Part shown: positions 53,453 to 62,135 of the stretch, in pieces
Position numbering within the stretch: position 1 is the first letter of the stretch
How the letters are laid out: every line of letters begins with the position of its first letter
From: Octopus sinensis
Lineage: Eukaryota
DNA length: 62,135 bases
Direction: 5' to 3'
NCBI RefSeq assembly: GCF_006345805.1
Contig: NW_021832405.1
Span: forward strand, 1 to 62,135
The notes under the pieces: generated by a model
What the model was told of the DNA's origin: nothing
The model's input: the letters and a program-made list of their open reading frames with translations, nothing else
Databases searched by the model: none
Translations under genes and position numbers: made by a program

Positions 53453-55103
53453 TATTCAAAACTGAAAACTTTTGCAAGATAAAAAATGAGCATAATAATT
53501 AGGGAGTCAAAATTAACGTTCAATAATATTTAAAACTATATTTTAGAATTATACGTCAACAATTATTTGTTGAACGTCTATCATAGTTACATTTCCTTCA
53601 TACTGCTCGGACTCTGCGTTAACTTACATCTAGTGTTTTGAGCTAACACGATCTATCAAATCTGCTCTGAACAATTTATTATCAACTTATCATATAGCGT
53701 AATTTTTTATCATGCATAATCTTTTCATAATTATCCCTATATATAGATTATTACTTATGTATTAATATACTGAGCATGTTTGTATATATATGCCTAGGTC
53801 TGTACGCCTATGTATTTATATATGTACTTATATGTTAGTAAACATGTAATAGAGGTAATATTTTTTTTTAATTAGAAGTGTCTCTTCTATTCTCAAGCTC
53901 CCAAAGTTTTTTCTGCAAATATGCTTGAGGCTTATTCACACCCGTAAGAAATCCACTGACTGTACTTTTTTCATGGAGAAAAGTTTTCACTGAAGACAAA
54001 TAGGTGTACGTACATCGAGTCAGATCACAGCGCCTCGTAACGAGACTGTTGGATGCAATCAGTTCGGAGTGGTTATCTCATCTTCACCAACAAAGACACG
54101 AAAGGTCGATACTGTGATATGACACGAGAGACAGGTCCTTCTTATGACATGCCTGTCATGGTTCAAAGACTGGCTGTGATCTGAAATTCATGCATCCAAC
54201 GGTTTCAGTCGTGTCCAAAAAGGGTCAGTTTATGTACGATTTCCGTTCACTAGTCAGCAAGCGAGGAAGTCCATGTCTCGAACATGAATTTTCTCGCATG
54301 AGGGTACATTTTAAACATCTCACTTTTGGAATTTAAGAAGACTCCCCCCGCCCAGATCAAGCGATTTTTTAAGGATCCTTTCCCTCTCGGTCAAACAAAG
54401 TTTACATCGTCTGCTCCTGTTCAGTTGTAGCTCCATGCGGTTCCAGAGGCTTCCAATAAATTATGTATGGCATTCCCTCTTCTTTTAACGTGATATGTAG
54501 TGGTCAAAAGACGTAACTTTGTTCAAGAGGGCTTGTGGTTATTTAGGTAGTAGTTTAAAGGGACCCACCATTGTTCCAACATATTTCTATGTATGTGTTG
54601 TTGGTACTGCTGCTTTTGTTGCTGCTGTTGCTTTCAATGCCGTTGCTGTCATCACTGCGGGATGCATTTATGGTGATGCTGCTATCACTTCCTTTGCTGC
54701 TGTTACTGAAGTAAACTATCTCCGGAACCATTCAAAGGAGATAACTCTGTCTCGCTCAGAAGGGATTTTCACTTCAAACAATTACGTTCCAGGATTTTTT
54801 TCACAACCTTGCTAACATAGACTGTTTTCTTACCTCTATTAGTAAAGTGGTTATGTATCTCCGGCCAGCAGATCTGATAAGTCGCCTATATTGCTAAGAG
54901 TAATAATAAACGTGAAACTTTCTGACCGACTATAACCAACACCTACATATGTATATATATTTATTAAAGTAATAAAGTTAACGTCTGGTCATAGAGTGAC
55001 CAATATTTCGCATCCACGTAGGCTGTAACCTCACGGATGTGTGTGTGTATGTGTGTATGTATACTTATATTCATATCTATATCTACATCTTTCTCTCTCA
55101 ATA

Positions 55104-55192
<89 letters not shown>

Positions 55193-56270
55193 GTTTGTCT
55201 GTCTGTCTGATCCGTTCAGGGTAAGCACCCAAATGCATTGGAATACTCGATGCAGGGTTCTAATCAACCATAACGGTGAAAAATACATAGGAACTAGTAA
55301 TATAAACTTGTGTTTCTCTTAATCTCCCACCTCTATCTCGCTCATACACATACACAGGCATACACTCATATAAATATACATGTTTCAACCAATTTGGTTG
55401 AATAAACAATGAATGTTTGAAGTCACACTCAAGACGAATTTTAGATTAAATGTTGGCTCTGTTCTTAGTATTGAGTCTCTCAAAGAAAGCAATAGAAAAA
55501 GAATAGACTGCTATTTATTTGTTGATGAAATTTCACGATCACTTCTGCATCGCCTCGTTTTTCAAACTGTGAAGCGATATTGCCTGAAAATTTTGTTAAT
55601 ACACGATATACGCATATGAAGCTAGACACATAACCAAATAGATGTAAGGAAAAAGGAAGAAAGAGAACGGAAAGTAAAATAAAGACGGAGGGAAATAGGA
55701 AACTGTTAATTTATTCATCTGTCCACCCTACATAAAGTTATATTGACAGATAAATTAAGAGACAGCGATATTGACTGAATGACAGACAGATACATCAAAT
55801 AATGAACACATAAAAAAAGAAGCGGTGTTAATGTCAAAACAGCAACAGTGGTAACAGACTGTGGAATATAAAATATAAATGTAAAGATGAAGTGTAAGAG
55901 ATTTAATGAAACTAGTGGAAAGCGCGAGGAGCCTGCTTAATGTGAATGTAAATTATTCAATCATTGTCAAGAGCTGTCACTTTAATAAAGACTAAAACAT
56001 TTTTGATATTACTCTTGTTATTTAACCAGTCTTCTCACACCATTTATATGCTAACTAAAATTCCTCTATATATTTCTATGTTGATGTTGGAGATTTTGTT
56101 GGTGTCGATAAGTGTTGTCTTATAGTTTTGCATTGCTTTTTCTCCCGTGTACTCTTTAATATCGACAAAACAAGTCGTCATGTGCGTTCCGGTTGCAGAA
56201 GCAACGACTACTCCAGAACTAAATTTATGTCTTCACATATGTTTGTTTAACTCTGTTCCATATTTATCAT

Positions 56271-56796
<526 letters not shown>

Positions 56797-57513
56797 AAAA
56801 AGGCTAATGTCGCAGCTCAAAGTGTACTATTGTTAAGTATTTATCGAGCATTTTGTGGTATTAAGACTCAGGTTGAATATACTGAAATGCAGTTATGTTG
56901 AACACATATGTGCGTGAGTGTGTGTAATGTGTGTGTGTGCGCCCAGGTGCGTGCGTAGTGGGTGTCAGTTGTCACTGAGCGATTCTTCTCGATTCTCTGG
57001 AAACGAGAACAATCATTTGGGGGCAATGAACAAGGATTATATGCCCCCTTACTCGCATTTGTGATTCAATACATTATTGACCACATAATTGGCCAGTTTT
57101 CGTTTATGTGCTACTGTATGTGTGTGTGTTAGTGTGTGTGTGCGTAAATGTGTGTGTGTGTGCATGTGTGAATCTGTGTGTGTATGTGCGCGTGTGTGTG
57201 TGTGTATGTTTGCAGATTACTAGATTAAAAGTGATTAAAATTGACAGTCTTGCCCCGGCCTGAGTTATACACTTCTGTAACAATAGACAGCTTCCGATAC
57301 CACTACATAACCTGAATCAGCCAATGAGAAGGAGGCTTATATAACATTCAATGACAATCGACTCTGCCTGGAAGGTGCCAAAGCCTTTTCACACAAAACC
57401 TAGAATCTGAACGAATACGCTTTGAAACTGAAAGTAATGCGATTCTGGTTGTCAGACTGCGAATGCAAAATGGATATAAATTTTACGAGTGGAGTACTCT
57501 TCTTTCGGTTGTA

Positions 57514-57793
57514 TTCTTGTAAGCCTAGTACTTATTTTATTGGTCTCTTTTGCCGAACCGCTAGGTTACGGGGACGTAAACACACCAGCATCGGTTGTCA
57601 AGCGATGCTGGGGTGACAAACACTGACACACAAACATATACACACACATACATACATATATATATATATATACGACGGGCTTTTTTCAGTTTCCGTCTAC
57701 CAAATCCACTTACAAGGCTTTGGTCGGCTCGAGGCTATAGTAGAAGACACTGAACCCAGAACCATATAGTTGGTAAGCAAGTTACTTACACAC
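57514..57793 (-). mobile_element. SINE family A, clipped at both ends, flanked by a 21-bp direct repeat
   Basis: AGTACTCTTCTTTCGGTTGTA at 57493-57513 and 57794-57814. Confidence 0.85.
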
Positions 57794-57980
57794 AGTACTC
57801 TTCTTTCGGTTGTACACATAAAGCGCGTTCGCTCACACATACACACATTCGCACGTGTATGTGTGTGTGTGCGCGCGCGTGCTTGCGTGCGTAGGGGCAG
57901 CTTATTTTTAGTAATGAAATATCGCGAATCACCATTTTACAATGGTGTAAACAGTTGAATTTACAAGCATCACATCTATA

Positions 57981-59183
57981 TTGGTTGTCAGGTTAATTCG
58001 TTCGTTTCTTCTTTTCTATTTATTTCAGTCTTTATTTTTGATAAACAATTTTAACACAATCAGTCGATAATATACTCTACTTCATTGTTCACGATCTCTT
58101 GTTAATGTTTCTTTAATTTGTTAATACTTTAATGGCTGAAATCATCGGGACTTGACATGAAGAATTCCTCGAGCCACAATTTTCAGCTCCGCGTTTTTGC
58201 TGAACGAAATACCTCGTATTCTATTGAAAAGCGACCGGAAAAGGTAATAGTTTGCAGGCTCTAAATCAGAATATGGTGGGTGCAGTAGAACTTCTCAACC
58301 GAACACTTGAATAGCATTGGTCCAATTAGCAACATAGGGGTAAGTATTGTGTTGAAGAAGCACGCCATGTCGTCACTCGGGTTATTTCAGGTTGCTACGT
58401 TGAGCAAGTGTATTTGTTAAACATAAGGCACTGTATTGTAAGTGTTGTGGTGTTTTTCAAACCCATTATATTATAACGTATATTGTAGCCTTGCACGGAT
58501 GCATTACTGTTTGAAATTTTTTGTTTGTGTTTCATTGGCTTGTTCAGATCTATTAGGGTCTTGCATGGACGAAGCTCTGTTTAAAATATCTGCTTGTCCC
58601 TTCGAGTAGCTTGGTGTTGAATGAGCAAACTGGCGGTGATAGTGGTGTACTGGAGTTTATTGAATTTGGAACCAATGATCAAGATTTTGGAAATTGCCTA
58701 TCGACTGAAGATGACGGGCGACGGCATCACGAGAGCACACCATCTACTTGGTTCATTCCTTAGTGGAATGATGCGAATCCTCGTGGATGAGCTTGTCCTA
58801 TCGATCTTCATTGAAATGAACACGTCGGCCGAAACACAGAAAATTTGTGAGATCGAATTTTCCTACCTTGAACCGTGAAAACAACGCCTGTGCAGTTCAT
58901 TCAATAATAGCACGTTCTTAATATGCAGCACAAATACCTCGAAAGGCATTGGCAGATTGAAACCTTGACTGAAAACGAACAGAAGCACGTGGTGAATATG
59001 GTCGCATTTTTCTACTTCACTGAAAAGAGATAAAATTTATTCACATTTCAAACACGATAAACAAAAGTTGTTGAGAAATAATAGAGCCAGAAAAAAATCC
59101 CACTTCCCTAAAACACTACGATAAAGATATTTTTCGAGTTCATTTATTGTAAGAAAAACGAGCGAATTTATCTGACAACCTAG
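57981..59183 (-). mobile_element. Mariner transposon, near full length, transposase pseudogenised
   Basis: Imperfect TIRs TA|TTGGTTGTCAGGTTAATTCG and CGAATTTATCTGACAACCTAG|TA. Translation remnants: HVLLFVFSQG..FSRFKVGKFDL..VARHLQSIG and HGVLLQHN..EVLLHPPYSDLEP..YYLFRSL..EYIID. Confidence 0.85.
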
Positions 59184-59422
59184 TATATATGTATATATAT
59201 ATATATAAATATATATATATAACATGTATATATGTGTATATAATACACACACACACATACATAATGTGTATATACATACACCACACACATACATAATATA
59301 TTATATATATATATATATATATATTATGTATGTGTGTGGTATACGTATATACACATATATACATTATATATATGTATATATATTGTGTATGTGTGTGGTG
59401 TATGTTATATACTATATACATG

Positions 59423-59498
<76 letters not shown>

Positions 59499-60375
59499 CT
59501 ATATATATATATATATATAAACAAAACTACCAAAACATCCTATATTTCTTCCACTATAGAGTACTGGAATAATTAAAGATATCAGTAAATGGATTCTCCC
59601 CTCTATTTGGAAAAAATATAACCATGATAGATTCTCAGATTTTCCTATGACGTTAACAGTGTAAGAGGAAAACCTGCCACCTTTGAATTGAAGTCTCTCA
59701 ATTAACACCAATTTATGACTGATATATTTTAGAGGAATAGAACGAAGTGAATAGAAAGGAACATAAGAAGAAAACAAACATAATAAACATATCAAAACAA
59801 AACTATAAAAACAAACAAACAATAATAGCTAAGATGGAATCCTCGTTCCAGGTCTCTACATAAAACATTTCACTGATAAATTATGATACCGTTTCTCCAT
59901 GGCTGATTGGATTTCATTTAATTCTTTGGAAATATCCATAGAATATAGCTTTGATTTCCGTTTCTTGCACAAGAAACGGAAACAGTTTTATACTGGACAA
60001 GACATGTCCATTTACCATCCTGTCACTTTCAAAAGAAGAAACGATCTATTATATTTCTATAATCGATCTAGTCTTGAGGGTGAGATGAAGGGGGGAATAA
60101 CAGGGGGTGGTGGTGAAAGTTGGGATTTAAAAAAAAACAAACAAGTAAACAATATCAGAGAATTCATTGCAAAAGTTTAGCCACGAAAATGGTAAATTTA
60201 TTTAAAAACAAATTTGAATAATGTTATTTGCAATGCATTAAGTGTGTGTATGTGTGTGTGTATGTGCGTATGTGTGCGTGTGTGTGTGTGATTTATGTAT
60301 GCATATATATATATATTGTGTATGTATGCTTGTATATATGTACAAATATATAATATATATATATGACTGTATATA

Positions 60376-60484
<109 letters not shown>

Positions 60485-61047
60485 GCACACACACACACAC
60501 ACACGCACACATGTACACACAGGCGCGCACGTATAAGATACAGAAATTGTAAACAAAAGCATCAAATTTTCCCAGGAGGGAAATATTTTGCAATGTTACT
60601 AAGGTGTATTTTTAAGAAAAGATATTCATCTATTAGTCACGTTTTATGAAAATATCGCCCCCTTTATTCCTTTGAAACGAAAATAATAATAAACAAATAT
60701 TTTCAGCAAATTATACAATAATATCATAATGTTTTAGTCTTTTAAATGGGACTTTGGTCACAAACTATTGAGAAATGTTTGTTTCTGTGCGATCACGTTC
60801 GAATATTTAATGTAGTGGAGAATCAATTAATATACTACAAGGAACTTAAAAGGGAAAGACATTACTGCTCTATGTTCAGTGTTGGATAACTGGTGTTGTT
60901 GGGGAAAAAGGCTCTGATATTGCATTTCGGAATTTTGTGGCTTACTCTAGGTAACAACGCATTTGTAACATTTTATGGAATGGGGGAAGTTCCCCAGCTG
61001 TTTTTCACTCTCGTGTGTTGTGTACGTGTGCAAACATCTATATATAC

Positions 61048-61103
<56 letters not shown>

Positions 61104-61320
61104 GATATATATATATATACATATAACCATGTTATAAATGCATGCATACACACAGACACACACAGACACACACACACACATATATTTGTGTGTCTGTGTG
61201 CATGTGTACCATATATATATATACCCATAGATACATGCGTACCTGACACACACACATACACACACACAAATACATATATATATCTATATATATATATATT
61301 ATATATATATAGATATATAT

Positions 61321-61356
<36 letters not shown>

Positions 61357-61433
61357 CATACACACACATATATAATGTATACACGTCAGATACATGTATA
61401 TGTTGATTTATATCTGAGTGATTGCGTCCAAAT

Positions 61434-61481
<48 letters not shown>

Positions 61482-61714
61482 ATATATATATATAGTTGAA
61501 TTTACAGAAAAAAATGACGATGACAGGTGTATAAACAACAAAGCAGGTGCATTAGTTTGACTCTTGGGAAATATATATATATCTTTATGATTGTACATGT
61601 TTAATTATTATGTATAAGAGTATGTGTAGGCACTTTTTGACTGCAATTTATCTCCTCTCTAGATTGTGCTCCGTTTAACGAGCAGGCTATAAAAAATATA
61701 CATTTTCTCTATGC

Positions 61715-62135
61715 ATTTTCTCATTGATTCTATGCATATTCCCTCTTCGTGAGTAGTTTCCTGGATCGTTATACAACGATCTTCCATGACTGTTCGACGA
61801 ACCATCGCAATCGGTTCCTCGTTTCCACATGTGGTTGGCTTGCCGGAGCGTTTGCCTGAGATTTTTCAAGCCTTATTTGAAGTGGTGGTAACACTTCTTG
61901 ATTTGAGTTTTGCCCATGGTACCATCGGTAAACGCCCTGCTGAATCTTCTGGATGGTTTGAGCTTGAGCATCACCAAGCTTTTGGCAAAACTTGATGCAA
62001 TGTCTCTGCTCGATGTGTTCGGTGAAAACGAAAACCCGACGAGCGCGCACTACACTCTAGATGTAACAGTTAGGAACGTACGCGCAGGAAAGTTGGCATC
62101 GCCTCTCACCTAGAGGATTTTACCCACGCAGCGTT
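61715..62135 (-). mobile_element. Tc1/mariner transposase N-terminal (HTH) fragment, degraded
   Basis: TEHIEQRHCIKFCQKLGDAQAQTIQKIQQ..MGKTQIKKCYHHFK..GKPTT..VRRTVMEDRCITIQEI across frames. Confidence 0.85.

Noticed and set aside
57320-57350. CCAAT plus TATA-like pair (possible promoter or solo LTR)
   Set aside because: Short motifs expected by chance in AT-rich DNA; no TG..CA ends, TSD or downstream gene.

Overview
AT-rich, microsatellite-saturated eukaryotic DNA with no host-gene exon I can support. The SINE families and repeat landscape look like a cephalopod, probably Octopus; this is recognition from memory, not a database result. Almost all long ORFs in the track are microsatellite read-throughs. 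The real content is mostly transposable elements. It includes three RTE-clade LINE remnants, CR1/L2 pieces, three R4/Dong-like RT+REL-endonuclease retrotransposons beside (TAA)n arrays, and a Penelope-like RT/GIY-YIG fragment. It also holds a Ty3/Gypsy pol remnant hidden by frameshifts, two decayed mariners, non-autonomous Helitrons, two MITE families and about 20 copies of four tRNA-type SINE families. The most interesting hand-read signals are: (1) a cryptic decayed ORF at ~12.3-14.5 kb with a SANT/Myb-like motif, a polyQ linker and repeated CCCH-like fingers, visible only after excising a SINE and a MITE; (2) three type-I hammerhead-ribozyme-like folds; (3) a (TAA)n-targeted system of stacked Dong-like LINEs plus a ~560-bp non-coding element using the same target; (4) a telomere-repeat-bearing MITE with 6-bp TSDs; (5) a 1.2-kb tandem duplication bounded by (TATG)n. 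All translations and alignments were done by eye, so boundaries are approximate unless a TSD or TIR is cited.
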